From contig JBNMIE010000001.1 in NCBI GenBank assembly GCA_050873125.1, forward strand, positions 17,878 to 81,877: a stretch of 64,000 bases of DNA, written 5' to 3'. The position numbers and the translations under genes were made by a program. The stretch is from Prevotella sp. Lineage in GTDB: Bacteria > Bacteroidota > Bacteroidia > Bacteroidales > Bacteroidaceae. The notes under the pieces were generated by a model. That model was not told where the DNA came from. It made no database searches and saw only the letters and a list, made by a program, of their open reading frames with translations. Shown here piece after piece: positions 19,984 to 30,371 of this stretch (positions are counted from its first letter, which is position 1; every line of letters starts with the position of its first letter).

Positions 19984-20373
19984 TTTTCCTTTTATTTGCA
20001 ACATTTGCCACCACCGATTTATTTGCCTATAAATCAACGCGTTGTAGGTTGCAGATAGTTATCATCAGTTGTCACCATCTGCCACCCATAATCTGATTTC
20101 ATCCTTGAGACAGGTGTAGGCATTCCTTTGGGGAGCTAAACGATAGCGGACGGCATGGGACCAGGGCTTTGAACTGTTTGTTCCACCGCCTTGAACAAAC
20201 AGTTCAACGTGCGTTTGGAAAATTGAACTATTTTTGATGGGGTCAAATCAAGAGAAACGGGATGGTGACAGATGCGAAATCTTCCACCAACTATCTGCAA
20301 CCTTCAAACCACTGACAATCAACTGGTTGCAAGAAAAGATGGCAAAATGGCATTTCTTTAGGGAAAAAGGAAA
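19984..20373. repeat. Structured non-coding dispersed element, copy 1 (MITE-like or cis-element)
   Basis: Nested inverted repeats 20046-20060/20289-20303 (15 bp, perfect), 20070-20079/20261-20270 and 19985-19993/20365-20373; core 20168-20207; homologous in inverted orientation to 63500-64000. Confidence 0.8.
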
Positions 20374-20445
20374 TAGAAGCACAGCACACCTCAAAATGAG
20401 AGCCTACATGACGCTAATCAGGAAAAATTATCTACCTTTGCAACC

Positions 20446-21108
20446 ATGCAAGCTTCTTTGGACTTTCTATACGCAAAATTTGACGAATACAACAAGCGGT
20501 GTTTCGGTGGAAGGCTGAAACGCCCCAAGATTGTCGTGAACAATGCCAAAAGACAATTGGGACTGTTTATGGCAAGCCGCCCCACCCCAACCATCAAGGT
20601 ATCGAACTATTACGACCGGACCGAGGAGGAATATGTGGACACCCTAGTGCACGAAATGATACATTATTATATATATACAGACGGCATTCGGGACACGGGA
20701 CCGCATGGACCGCTGTTCAAGGCATGGATGAACAAGATCAACAGGCAGGAAGGACTGCACATGTCTGTCAGAACCAATGCCCAGAAATGGGAAACCGCCA
20801 ACACGACACTGAAAATGCGCCATGTGCTGTTCATCCAACTGCAGACGGGCAAACGCTATATTTCCGTGGTGTCGCCCCGATATGTCTGCGACATTGAAAG
20901 CCAACTGCAGCGGATGGGCGATAAAGTGTCTATGCACAAATGGTTCATCACCAACCATCCCGACTACCAGAACTACTCCATCGTGAGAAGCCTGAGAGGC
21001 AGACCCTGCACCGAGGCTGTGTTCAGCCAAAAGTTGAGAGAGATGGAGGAACGCATACAAAAACAAGCCGGAGGACAACACGCTGCAGACCCGGAACAAC
21101 GACCATGA
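20446..21108 (+). CDS. SprT-like zinc metalloprotease domain protein
   Basis: FDEYNKRCFGG...TLVHEMIHY...HGPLF (HExxH plus downstream His). Confidence 0.88.
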   Translation: MQASLDFLYAKFDEYNKRCFGGRLKRPKIVVNNAKRQLGLFMASRPTPTIKVSNYYDRTEEEYVDTLVHEMIHYYIYTDGIRDTGPHGPLFKAWMNKINRQEGLHMSVRTNAQKWETANTTLKMRHVLFIQLQTGKRYISVVSPRYVCDIESQLQRMGDKVSMHKWFITNHPDYQNYSIVRSLRGRPCTEAVFSQKLREMEERIQKQAGGQHAADPEQRP

Positions 21109-21383
21109 AACATGGGGAAACGCACCTTATATTATTCACGAAGACCGGAGAACATATAGCAATAATGTTTACAGTTTTTCGGAAGGGAGAACTGATAATA
21201 TGACCATAATTTATCCGAAAGTTTCCACTCATGCGGATAATTAAACAGTTTCAACACAGAATATTACGGCATTTTAGGAAAAAAAGCATAATAAATTTTC
21301 GTATTACAGTAAAAACCACTATATTTGCAAGACAATTTTAGATTAAAAGTAAATAAATCGAACATTAAAAGGACTATATCAAG

Positions 21384-21662
21384 ATGACTAAAGCAGAAAT
21401 TATCAAGAAGATATCTGAGTCAACAGGAGTGCCCAAGCAAGACGTGTCAGTAACCGTAGAGGCATTCATGGAGGAGATCAAGAAGAGCATGCTCGACAAA
21501 GAAAATGTATATCTCCGTGGCTTCGGTAGTTTCGTCATTAAGCACAGAGCTGAGAAGACTGCCCGCAACATCTCAAAAAACACAACCATCACTATCGCCG
21601 CTCATGACTTCCCAAGCTTCAAGCCAGCCAAGAGCTTCGTCGAGAAGATGAAAGGAGAATAA
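21384..21662 (+). CDS. hup: HU/IHF family DNA-binding protein
   Basis: MTKAEII, LRGFGSF, ARNI and PSFKPAK motifs. Confidence 0.93.
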   Translation: MTKAEIIKKISESTGVPKQDVSVTVEAFMEEIKKSMLDKENVYLRGFGSFVIKHRAEKTARNISKNTTITIAAHDFPSFKPAKSFVEKMKGE

Positions 21663-21703
21663 ACAAGTAACAACATTATAAACAACATTAAAATTTTTAA
21701 GCT

Positions 21704-21793
21704 ATGCCAAGCGGAAAAAAGAAGAAGGGCCACAAGATGGCTACTCACAAGCGTAAAAAAAGATTAAGAAAGAACAGACATAAGAGCAAGTAA
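21704..21793 (+). CDS. 30S ribosomal protein bS22 (AURKAIP1/COX24-type small basic protein); absent from the ORF track
   Basis: MPSGKKKKGHKMATHKRKKRLRKNRHKSK*, 29 aa, with an AT-rich translation initiation region. Confidence 0.88.
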   Translation: MPSGKKKKGHKMATHKRKKRLRKNRHKSK

Positions 21794-21819
21794 TCCTTGC
21801 TTCAGTCTATTCCGACTGA

Positions 21820-21866
21820 GGGGTATGTCAGAAAGACGAAAAGACTTCATGACATACCCCGTTTTG
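21820..21866 (+). terminator. Hairpin/terminator after bS22
   Basis: ggggtatgtca/tgacatacccc stem followed by gtttt. Confidence 0.65.
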
Positions 21867-21896
21867 TATGTTTAACTAAGTACTGTAACTGAAGAA

Positions 21897-23471
21897 ATGA
21901 CAAGCGAAGTAATCATCGACGTCCAACAGAAAGAGATTTCCATCGCCCTGCTTGAAGACAAGCGACTGGTGGAATACCAGAACGAGCCGAGATCGGCCTC
22001 TTTTTCTGTGGGAAACATCTATGTGGCAAAGGTCAAGAAACTGATGCCGGGGCTCAACGCCTGTTTCGTGGATGTGGGCTATGAACGCGACGCCTTTCTG
22101 CACTACCTCGACTTAGGAAGCCAATTCAACTCTTACGCAAAATACCTCAAACAGGTAACCAGCGACAGAAAGAAACTTTATCCCATCTCTAAAGCCACCA
22201 GACTGCCCGACCTCAAGAAAGACGGAAGCGTGCAGAATACGCTCTCAGTCGGACAGGAAGTGCTGGTGCAAATCGTCAAAGAACCCATTTCAACCAAGGG
22301 ACCGCGACTCACTGGCGAACTCTCGTTCGCAGGACGCTACCTTGTGCTCATGCCGTTTAACGATAAAGTTTCTGTTTCTTCAAAAATCAAAAGCGGAGAA
22401 GAACGCGCACGCCTCAAACAACTCATCCAAAGCATCAAGCCCAAGAATTTCGGCGTCATCGTCAGAACTGTGGCTGAGGGCAAACGGGTGGCTGAACTCG
22501 ACACCGAGTTGAGACTGCTGCTGAAAAGATGGCAGGACGCCATCACCAAGGTGCAGAAAACCCAGGAACGCCCCCAACTCGTGTTCGAGGAGACCGGACG
22601 AGCTGTGGCCTTGTTGCGCGACTTGTTCAACCCCACCTATGAGAACATCTATGTCAACGACGAGGATGTCTGCAAGGCCGTGAAACACTATGTCTCTCTC
22701 ATAGCCCCTGAAAAGGCGGACATAGTGAAGATGTATACTGGCAAGGTGCCGATTTTCGACAACTTCAATGTGACCAAGCAAATCAAGGCCTCGTTTGGAA
22801 AGACCGTGAACTACAAGCATGGAGCCTATCTCATCATCGAGCACACGGAGGCACTGCATGTGGTCGACGTGAACAGCGGCAACCGCACCCGTTCGGAAAA
22901 CGGACAGGAGGCCAACGCCCTCGACGTGAACCTCGGAGCCGCAGACGAGTTGGCACGCCAGCTCAGACTGAGAGACATGGGTGGCATCATCGTGGTGGAC
23001 TTCATCGACATGAACCTTGCCGAAGACAGACAGATGCTCTACGAGCGCATGTGCAAGAACATGCAGAAAGACAGAGCCCGCCACAACATCTTGCCGCTCA
23101 GCAAGTTCGGACTGATGCAAATCACCCGTCAGCGTGTACGCCCTGCCATGGACGTGAACGTGGAAGAAACCTGCCCAACCTGTTTCGGAAAAGGAAAGAT
23201 CAAATCAAGCATCCTTTTCACTGACCAATTGGAGAGTAAGATTGACTATCTGGTCAACAAGATTGGTGTCAAGAAATTCTATCTTCATGTGCACCCATAC
23301 GTAGCTGCTTATATCAACCAGGGCATCGTGTCCCTGAAACGGAAGTGGCAGATGAAATACGGATTCGGTGTACACATCATTCCCTCGCAGAAAATGGCTT
23401 TCTTGCAATATGAATTCTACGACAGCAAGAAGCAGTTTATCGACATGAAAGAGGAAATCGAGACCAAGTAA
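21897..23471 (+). CDS. rng: Ribonuclease E/G family
   Basis: S1 domain; VQIVKEPISTKGPRLT, VDVNSG, LRDMGGIIVVDFIDM and CPTC motifs. Confidence 0.95.
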   Translation: MTSEVIIDVQQKEISIALLEDKRLVEYQNEPRSASFSVGNIYVAKVKKLMPGLNACFVDVGYERDAFLHYLDLGSQFNSYAKYLKQVTSDRKKLYPISKATRLPDLKKDGSVQNTLSVGQEVLVQIVKEPISTKGPRLTGELSFAGRYLVLMPFNDKVSVSSKIKSGEERARLKQLIQSIKPKNFGVIVRTVAEGKRVAELDTELRLLLKRWQDAITKVQKTQERPQLVFEETGRAVALLRDLFNPTYENIYVNDEDVCKAVKHYVSLIAPEKADIVKMYTGKVPIFDNFNVTKQIKASFGKTVNYKHGAYLIIEHTEALHVVDVNSGNRTRSENGQEANALDVNLGAADELARQLRLRDMGGIIVVDFIDMNLAEDRQMLYERMCKNMQKDRARHNILPLSKFGLMQITRQRVRPAMDVNVEETCPTCFGKGKIKSSILFTDQLESKIDYLVNKIGVKKFYLHVHPYVAAYINQGIVSLKRKWQMKYGFGVHIIPSQKMAFLQYEFYDSKKQFIDMKEEIETK

Positions 23472-23495
23472 AAAGAAGATAAAAGACAACGCAAC

Positions 23496-23529
23496 ATAAA
23501 GGCGCATCCCATTTGAGATGCGCCTTTAT
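23496..23529. terminator. Bidirectional terminator between convergent genes
   Basis: ataaaggcgcatc/gatgcgcctttat stem. Confidence 0.85.
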
Positions 23530-23543
23530 TGTTGAATGGGGCA

Positions 23544-23990
23544 TTAGAAAATCTGCCACCAATGCTTCTTCCGGTGATGATGATGGTGATGATGGTGTAC
23601 AGGTATGGTGAGATCCAAGTCCTGCGGAAGCATCTCCGCATATTTGCGATGGTTCTTGATCATCATATAGATGGTGCCCCAATCGGGCAGACCACCCAAG
23701 TTGCGGTCGTCGATAAACAAGTCGGCCTTCAACTTGCGGCTGTAGCTTTCATTTCCTTCCTTGTTTTCCTCTGGATAGTCGCGGTTGACGGCATAGAACT
23801 CGACACCGCGCTGGCGGCACCATTCCACAGCCTCGTCAAGCAACTTACCTTCTCGCACACTCCACAATATCAGTTTGTGATGGTCGGCGATGAGCATCTT
23901 CAGTGTGTCAATGGCAAACGGAATCTCATTGCCGATCGCAGGATAGCGATGCTCGACAATCGTTCCGTCGAAATCTACTGCTATAATCAT
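23544..23990 (-). CDS. BT0820-like HAD-superfamily phosphatase with His8 tail
   Basis: AVDFDGTIV motif I, LWSVR and ADLFIDDR; C-terminal HHHHHHHHRKKHWW. Confidence 0.85.
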   Translation of the reverse strand: MIIAVDFDGTIVEHRYPAIGNEIPFAIDTLKMLIADHHKLILWSVREGKLLDEAVEWCRQRGVEFYAVNRDYPEENKEGNESYSRKLKADLFIDDRNLGGLPDWGTIYMMIKNHRKYAEMLPQDLDLTIPVHHHHHHHHRKKHWWQIF

Positions 23991-24037
23991 TTTTTTAAAT
24001 ATGAGTATTTACTGTAGGGTCAAACGTCGTGTCATGC

Positions 24038-24913
24038 TTACTTTTCAGTTGCCAAGCGCATGAGATATTTGCCATAGTCGTTTTTCAGCATAGGCTTGGC
24101 CAACTCCTGGAGTTTCTCCTTGTCAATCCAACCGCGCTTATAGGCTATCTCTTCCAAGCAAGCCACCTTCTGTCCCTGGCGCTTCTCTATCACCTCGATG
24201 AAAGTGCTCGCCTCGCTCAGGCTGTCGTGCGTGCCGGTATCGAGCCATGCGAAACCGCGCTGCAAGGTCTGAACCTTCAGAGACTTGCGCTGCAGATATT
24301 CCTGGTTCACACTCGTAATCTCCAGTTCTCCACGAGCACTGGGCTTCACATTCTTCGCCACCTCTACCACGCTGTTGGGATAGAAATAGAGTCCCACCAC
24401 GGCATAGTTGCTCTTCGGATGCTCGGGCTTTTCCTCAATGCTGAGGCAATTGCCCTGTGCGTCGAACTCAGCCACGCCATAGCGCTCGGGATCGTTGACA
24501 TAATAGCCAAAGACAGAGGCCAGTCCCTTCTCCGTATTCTTCACACAATCCTTGAGGATGGCGGAGAATCCAGCGCCATAGAAGATGTTGTCGCCAAGAA
24601 TCAAGCAGACATTGTCGTCACCGATAAACTTCTCACCGATAAGGAAAGCCTGTGCCAAACCGTCTGGAGAAGGCTGCTCGGCATATTCAAACTTCACACC
24701 ATAGTCGCTGCCATCACCCAAAAGGCGCTTGAAGCCAGGCAAGTCATAAGGAGTGGAAATAATCAATATCTCACGGATGCCAGCAAGCATCAGCACAGAA
24801 ATGGGATAATAGATCATCGGTTTGTCGAATATTGGAATGAGCTGCTTGCTGATTCCCTTTGTAATCGGATAGAGCCGTGTACCAGACCCTCCCGCCAAAA
24901 CAATACCTTTCAT
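24038..24913 (-). CDS. rfbA: Glucose-1-phosphate thymidylyltransferase
   Basis: [28 protein letters not shown] and WLDTGT motifs. Confidence 0.97.
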   Translation of the reverse strand: MKGIVLAGGSGTRLYPITKGISKQLIPIFDKPMIYYPISVLMLAGIREILIISTPYDLPGFKRLLGDGSDYGVKFEYAEQPSPDGLAQAFLIGEKFIGDDNVCLILGDNIFYGAGFSAILKDCVKNTEKGLASVFGYYVNDPERYGVAEFDAQGNCLSIEEKPEHPKSNYAVVGLYFYPNSVVEVAKNVKPSARGELEITSVNQEYLQRKSLKVQTLQRGFAWLDTGTHDSLSEASTFIEVIEKRQGQKVACLEEIAYKRGWIDKEKLQELAKPMLKNDYGKYLMRLATEK

Positions 24914-25101
24914 AATTTTGTCTAACTTTAATATGTATAATCAAACTTTGTGACGACAAAGTTACGAACAACATTTTGACTCGCCAAAGAATCCTACTAT
25001 TTTTAATATAAAATTTTGATAATTGGGCAGTTTGTTGTAAATTTGCAAACTAAAAAGGAGCGCAATAAGCGCCAACACACAACAAATACAACAACAAACA
25101 A

Positions 25102-25728
25102 ATGGGAATACTATCAAAATTGTTCAAAAAGAACAACGCCGATGAGCAACGCATCGGAGGCATGGAAGACTATATGACACTGATTCGCGTGTATTTTCAG
25201 GCATCAATGGCCTCCACATTGGGCATCACCAACCTGGCCATGCTGCCGGATTTGCGCACATTCAAGTCAACACTCCATGTGCCTACAGTCAACAACAAGC
25301 TCGGCGTGGGCGAGAAAAGCCGCTGCCGCAAGATGATGAAAGAACTGTATAAGACAGATGACAATTTCTTCAAGGAAATAGACCAGAGCATCCGCAAGAA
25401 CTGCCGCAAACTGCAGGATGTGCAGACCTATCTCATCCAGTTCCAAGGTTTTACCCAAGACATCATGATGCTTGCCGGCAACTTGATGAAGTTCAAGCTC
25501 CGCCTCCCCTCTTTCTTCAAGAAGGCCCTCTACACCATGACAGAGAAAATGGTGAACGACGTGTTTGACAAAAACGACTACAGCGATCCCGGAGTTGTGA
25601 AGACCGTCTTGGCCATCCGCAACTATGACAAGCACCTCGGCTTCTCCCGGAAATGGATTACCGACTTTGTCTATCAAGTGCTGATGCTCGCCAAGAAAGA
25701 ACCAAGACCAAAAGACGACAACAAATAA
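25102..25728 (+). CDS. Hypothetical protein (Bacteroidales-type)
   Basis: 208-aa ORF with host-like codon usage; TAAATTTG promoter near 25038. Confidence 0.8.
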   Translation: MGILSKLFKKNNADEQRIGGMEDYMTLIRVYFQASMASTLGITNLAMLPDLRTFKSTLHVPTVNNKLGVGEKSRCRKMMKELYKTDDNFFKEIDQSIRKNCRKLQDVQTYLIQFQGFTQDIMMLAGNLMKFKLRLPSFFKKALYTMTEKMVNDVFDKNDYSDPGVVKTVLAIRNYDKHLGFSRKWITDFVYQVLMLAKKEPRPKDDNK

Positions 25729-25886
25729 AAGAATAAGGCTTGCCGGAATGACGTTCCGCCCGCTCCTTTCGAGATGTATGGTCTTCCACATTCATTCAAG
25801 ATTAACAAGTCTTTTGTCCAAAAACACAACAAAAGATTTGGAACTTCCGGTAAAATATCTTAATTTTGTAAGCAAAATGTAATCGT

Positions 25887-26177
25887 ATGAGAACAGACGA
25901 CAAAACGTTGACGCAATTTACCACGCGCATACGGCAGATGATTCTCCAATATCAAGACATCAAAAAGGAGAATGCTGAGTTGTATGCGATGGTCGATGAG
26001 CGTGATGCCGAAATAGCATCACTCAAAGCGAAGTTGGCTGAAGTCCAAAACGATTACACGCTGTTGAAGACCGCCAAGATGCTCGAAATCACCGATGGAG
26101 ACATGGAAACCACACAAAAGCGCTTGGCCAAACTCATCCGCGATGTCAACAAATGTATCACGCTCCTGAGCGAATGA
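25887..26177 (+). CDS. Coiled-coil protein upstream of zapA (ZapB-like)
   Basis: Heptad pattern; LIRDVNKCI C-terminus; adjacent to zapA. Confidence 0.75.
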   Translation: MRTDDKTLTQFTTRIRQMILQYQDIKKENAELYAMVDERDAEIASLKAKLAEVQNDYTLLKTAKMLEITDGDMETTQKRLAKLIRDVNKCITLLSE

Positions 26178-26187
26178 TTCTATACAA

Positions 26188-26499
26188 ATGGCAGAAGAAA
26201 ACAAATTACATATCCGATTGCATGTCTACGATACAGAAATTCCCGTCAATGTCGTGCGGGAAGAGGAAGAACTGTATCGCAGCGCAGCCAAGCTTATCAC
26301 CGAAACAATCAACACTTATGCTGAAATGTTTAAGGGACGCAAGAGCGACAAAGACTTGCTCTATATGGCACTGGTGGACATCGCCCTCAGATATAAAAGG
26401 GAAAGCCAACGCAACGATGTGGGTCCCGTAAATGATATTCTCGCCAAACTGACAACTGAAATCGAAGACGCGCTCAAAGAGAAGCCCAACAGCAAATAA
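26188..26499 (+). CDS. zapA: Cell division protein ZapA
   Basis: EEELYRSAAKLI...DLLYMAL pattern; sits in the zapA-rny context. Confidence 0.85.
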   Translation: MAEENKLHIRLHVYDTEIPVNVVREEEELYRSAAKLITETINTYAEMFKGRKSDKDLLYMALVDIALRYKRESQRNDVGPVNDILAKLTTEIEDALKEKPNSK

Positions 26500-26568
26500 T
26501 CCGCTGGGGAGAAATGATACCAAGAAAGAAACATACAGAGAATATTATTATTTAACACTACAAATACA

Positions 26569-28107
26569 ATGAATGTAATCATGATCATAATTCCGGTAGT
26601 CACTCTCCTGATTGGAGGAGCTGCCGGATACTTGATTTTCCGCTACGTCATCAAGGGAAAATATAATGCGATGATGGAAACGGCGAAAAAAGACGCCGAA
26701 GTAATTAAAGAGAAAAAGCTGCTCGAGGTCAAGGAGAAGTTCCTCAACAAGAAGAGTGAGCTTGAGAAGGAAGTGCAGCAGCGCAACCAGAAGATTCAGC
26801 AGGTGGAGAACAAGCTCAAACAACGCGAGATTTCTCTCAACCAGAAGCAGGAAGACTTGGGGCGCCGCAAGCAGGACATCGACCAGCAGCAGAATCGCAT
26901 CGACAACGAGAAGAAACTCTTGCAGATTAAACAGGAGGATCTCGACAAGATGCAGATTCAAGAGCGCGAGAAGCTGGAGGAACTTTCCGGCCTGAGTGCC
27001 GACGAAGCCAAGACCCGCTTGGTGGAAAGTCTGAAAGACGAGGCCAAGATGGACGCCGCCAGCTATGTGAACGAAATCATGGACGAGGCTAAGCTCAATG
27101 CCAACGCTCAAGCCAAAAAGATTGTCATCCAGACCATTCAGCGTGTAGCCACCGAGACAGCTATCGAAAACTCAGTCAGCGTGTTCCATATCGACAACGA
27201 CGAGGTGAAAGGCCGTATCATCGGTCGTGAAGGTCGAAACATCCGTGCCCTCGAGGCTGCCACAGGTGTGGAGATTGTCGTTGACGACACTCCCGAGGCT
27301 ATTGTCATCTCCGCTTTCGATCCTATCCGCCGTGAGGTTTGCCGTCTCGCCCTGCACCAGCTTGTAGCCGACGGCCGTATCCACCCAGCACGCATCGAGG
27401 AAGTGGTGGCCAAGGTGAAGAAGCAGCTTGAGAACGAAGTAATCGAGACGGGTAAGCGCACCGCCATCGACTTGGGTGTCCACGGCCTGCATCCAGAGCT
27501 GATTCGCATTATCGGTAAGATGAAATATCGTTCTTCTTATGGCCAGAACCTCCTTCAGCACGCACGTGAGACAGCCAACCTCTGTGCTGTGATGGCAGCA
27601 GAGCTTGGTCTGAACCCGAAGAAAGCAAAGCGTGCCGGTCTGCTCCACGATATCGGTAAGGTGCCTGACGAGGAAAGCGAATTGCCACACGCACTGTATG
27701 GCGCCAAGATAGCCGAGAAATATAAGGAAAAGCCAGATATCTGCAACGCTATTGGTGCTCACCACGACGAAATCGAGATGAAAACGCTTCTCGCTCCTAT
27801 CGTACAGGTTTGTGACGCCATCTCCGGTGCCCGTCCTGGAGCACGCCGCGAGATTGTGGAGGCATACATCAAGCGTCTCAACGACCTTGAAGCCATTGCC
27901 ATGAGCTATCCTGGTGTGACCAAGACATACGCCATTCAGGCAGGTCGCGAACTTCGCGTCATCGTTGGCGCAGACAAGATGGACGACAAGGAGTCTGAGG
28001 CTCTGTCCGCAGAGATTGCCAACAAGATTCAGAACGAGATGACCTATCCTGGTCAGGTGAAGATCACCGTCATTCGTGAGACCCGTTCGGTAGCATACGC
28101 TAAATAA
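26569..28107 (+). CDS. rny: Ribonuclease Y
   Basis: N-terminal TM, coiled coil, KH domain ([13 protein letters not shown]), HD domain (LLHDIGK) and YPGQVK. Confidence 0.97.
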   Translation: MNVIMIIIPVVTLLIGGAAGYLIFRYVIKGKYNAMMETAKKDAEVIKEKKLLEVKEKFLNKKSELEKEVQQRNQKIQQVENKLKQREISLNQKQEDLGRRKQDIDQQQNRIDNEKKLLQIKQEDLDKMQIQEREKLEELSGLSADEAKTRLVESLKDEAKMDAASYVNEIMDEAKLNANAQAKKIVIQTIQRVATETAIENSVSVFHIDNDEVKGRIIGREGRNIRALEAATGVEIVVDDTPEAIVISAFDPIRREVCRLALHQLVADGRIHPARIEEVVAKVKKQLENEVIETGKRTAIDLGVHGLHPELIRIIGKMKYRSSYGQNLLQHARETANLCAVMAAELGLNPKKAKRAGLLHDIGKVPDEESELPHALYGAKIAEKYKEKPDICNAIGAHHDEIEMKTLLAPIVQVCDAISGARPGARREIVEAYIKRLNDLEAIAMSYPGVTKTYAIQAGRELRVIVGADKMDDKESEALSAEIANKIQNEMTYPGQVKITVIRETRSVAYAK

Positions 28108-28149
28108 GCAAACAACACTAAGGCCTTCGGGCAATAGTTTTTCAATAAG

Positions 28150-28187
28150 AAATCCCCGATTGCCACGTCAACAGCAGTCGGGGATTT
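28150..28187 (+). terminator. Terminator after rny
   Basis: aaatccccgattgc/gcagtcggggattt stem. Confidence 0.85.
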
Positions 28188-28210
28188 ATCTATATTAAAA
28201 TGACAATCGC

Positions 28211-28942
28211 ATGGCACAACGAGCAATCATCATGGGCGCCACTTCGGGCATAGGCATGGAGGTGGCGAAACAACTCGCCGCAAAAGGCTGGCGGGTAGGC
28301 ATCGCAGGACTACGCACAGAAAGACTTGAAGCGTTGGAAGAAGCGTGTGACGGCATCGTGTGCCACGAGACAATAGACGTGAATCAGAAAGACGCTTCCA
28401 CCCTATTGCTTTCTCTCATCGAAAAATTAGGCGGCATGGATTTGTATTTCCATAGTTCTGGCATCGGTTGGCAGAACAATGCGCTCGACATGGAGAAAGA
28501 ACTCAAGACTGTAGAGACCAATGCGTGGGGCTTTTCGCAGATGGTCATCACTGCTTTCAACTGGTTTGCAAAAGCTAACGAGGGACACATCGCCTGCATC
28601 ACATCCATCGCCGGAACCAAAGGATTGGGGGCAGCCCCAGCCTATTCAGCCACCAAGCGATTCCAAAATCATTATCTGGAAAGCTTGACCCAATTGGCAC
28701 ATATGCGCCATCTGCCCATCAAGATAACAGACATTCGCCCAGGCTTTGTGGCAACAGACCTGATTGCAGGAAGTCATTATCCCCTACAGCTGAAGGCTGA
28801 GGATGTGGCACGCAAGATTGTCAAGGCCATCGAACGAGGAAAAGAGGTGGAAGTCATCGATGGAAGATACAGACTGCTGGTGGCATTATGGAAACTGATT
28901 CCACGAAACATCTGGACAAGATTACACATAACTCAAGGATAA
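28211..28942 (+). CDS. SDR family oxidoreductase
   Basis: GATSGIG, YSATK and PGFVAT motifs. Confidence 0.92.
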   Translation: MAQRAIIMGATSGIGMEVAKQLAAKGWRVGIAGLRTERLEALEEACDGIVCHETIDVNQKDASTLLLSLIEKLGGMDLYFHSSGIGWQNNALDMEKELKTVETNAWGFSQMVITAFNWFAKANEGHIACITSIAGTKGLGAAPAYSATKRFQNHYLESLTQLAHMRHLPIKITDIRPGFVATDLIAGSHYPLQLKAEDVARKIVKAIERGKEVEVIDGRYRLLVALWKLIPRNIWTRLHITQG

Positions 28943-28964
28943 CATATAGTATAAAACCGACAAA

Positions 28965-30323
28965 ATGGCAAGAAGTAACGAAATAGACATGCTTCATGGA
29001 CCTTTGTTCATGAAGATATTAAAGTTTGCAGTTCCATTGGCTGCAAGCAGCGTATTGCAACAATTATTCAACTCTGTGGATGTGGCGGTCGTTGGACGAT
29101 TCGCCAGCAGCCAAGCATTGGCGGCAGTAGGCAGCAACGGACCGGTCATCAACCTGCTCATCAATCTCTTCGTGGGCATCTCTATGGGTGCCAATGTGAT
29201 CATTTCAAACCACATCGGACAAGACGACAAACAAAGCATACGCAAAGCCATCAACACAGTTGGATTAGTCAGCATCTTTGGCGGCATCTTCCTGATGATT
29301 TTAGGAGTGACCATCGCCCGCCCTATTCTGGAAATGATGGACACGCCGGACGATGTGCTTGACATGGCTGTGCTCTATTTGCGCATCTACTTTTTGGGAA
29401 TTCCCTTCTTCTTGATATTCAACTTCGGTGCCTCTATCCTCCGAAGCATGGGAGACACACGCCGACCACTATACATTCTGTTTGCAGCGGGCATCGTCAA
29501 CACTATCTTAAACTTGGTCTTCGTCATCTGTTTCCACATGAGTGTGGCTGGAGTGGCCATTGCGACGGGCATAGCCAACATGGTGAGTGCCGCATGCATT
29601 GTCTATCTGCTGCTACACGAGAATGAGCCTTTCAAACTGCATGTCAAAGAATTCAAGATTGACAATACTGAACTGAAAAGAATCCTGCAAATTGGTGTGC
29701 CTGCAGGCATCCAGAGCATGGTGTTCTCTTTCTCCAACGTATTCCTGCAGTCTGCCATCAACAGTTATGGTTCAGCAGCCATCGCAGGGTCTGCGGCTGC
29801 ACTCAACTTTGAATATTATTGTTATTTCCTTGTGGTTGCCTTTGACGGAGCTGCCATCAGCTTCATCGGACAAAATTATGGTGCAGGAAAGAATGACCGC
29901 GTGAGAAGAATATTCTGGATATGTTTGGCAATGGCCATCGTCACCTGTGGCGTGGCCAATATGGCATTTGTGTTGAACCACACATTTGTGCTTGAGGCTT
30001 TCTCTACAGATCCGAAAGTTCTTCACTATGGCACAATCCGCATGACCGTCGCTCTGTCATTCCAATGGATTGCCTGTATCTATGAAATAGCCGGATCATC
30101 GCTCCGAGGCATGGGCAAATCTCTACTCCCTGCCATCATCACAATCTTCGGAACTTGCATCATCCGCATGGGATGGGTGTTCTTCTACTGCCCCTATCAC
30201 CACAATTTCGGTGGACTGATCAGCATCTATCCCACGTCATGGGCATTGACAAGCATTTTGATGTCTATTGTCTTCTACAAGACTTATAGGAAACTGAAAA
30301 TGGAGCCATCCCCTAACGAATGA
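28965..30323 (+). CDS. MATE family efflux transporter
   Basis: QQLFNSVD..VGRF, LRSMGDT and NYGA motifs; about 12 TM segments. Confidence 0.92.
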   Translation: MARSNEIDMLHGPLFMKILKFAVPLAASSVLQQLFNSVDVAVVGRFASSQALAAVGSNGPVINLLINLFVGISMGANVIISNHIGQDDKQSIRKAINTVGLVSIFGGIFLMILGVTIARPILEMMDTPDDVLDMAVLYLRIYFLGIPFFLIFNFGASILRSMGDTRRPLYILFAAGIVNTILNLVFVICFHMSVAGVAIATGIANMVSAACIVYLLLHENEPFKLHVKEFKIDNTELKRILQIGVPAGIQSMVFSFSNVFLQSAINSYGSAAIAGSAAALNFEYYCYFLVVAFDGAAISFIGQNYGAGKNDRVRRIFWICLAMAIVTCGVANMAFVLNHTFVLEAFSTDPKVLHYGTIRMTVALSFQWIACIYEIAGSSLRGMGKSLLPAIITIFGTCIIRMGWVFFYCPYHHNFGGLISIYPTSWALTSILMSIVFYKTYRKLKMEPSPNE

Positions 30324-30371
30324 GTCATATACGTGCTTGCCCCGGCATTCTTCAAGCCGAGACAAACACGT

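Noticed and set aside
20234-20518. 94-aa ORF within element copy 1 (and the 66-aa ORF at 63547-63747 in copy 2)
   Set aside because: No motifs; the first overlaps the sprT promoter and start; the reading frames are not conserved between the two copies
26500-26568. 6S RNA downstream of zapA
   Set aside because: The gap is only 69 bp, too short for a 6S RNA
21897-28107. Co-occurrence of RNase E/G and RNase Y as a novelty
   Set aside because: This combination is usual in Bacteroidetes
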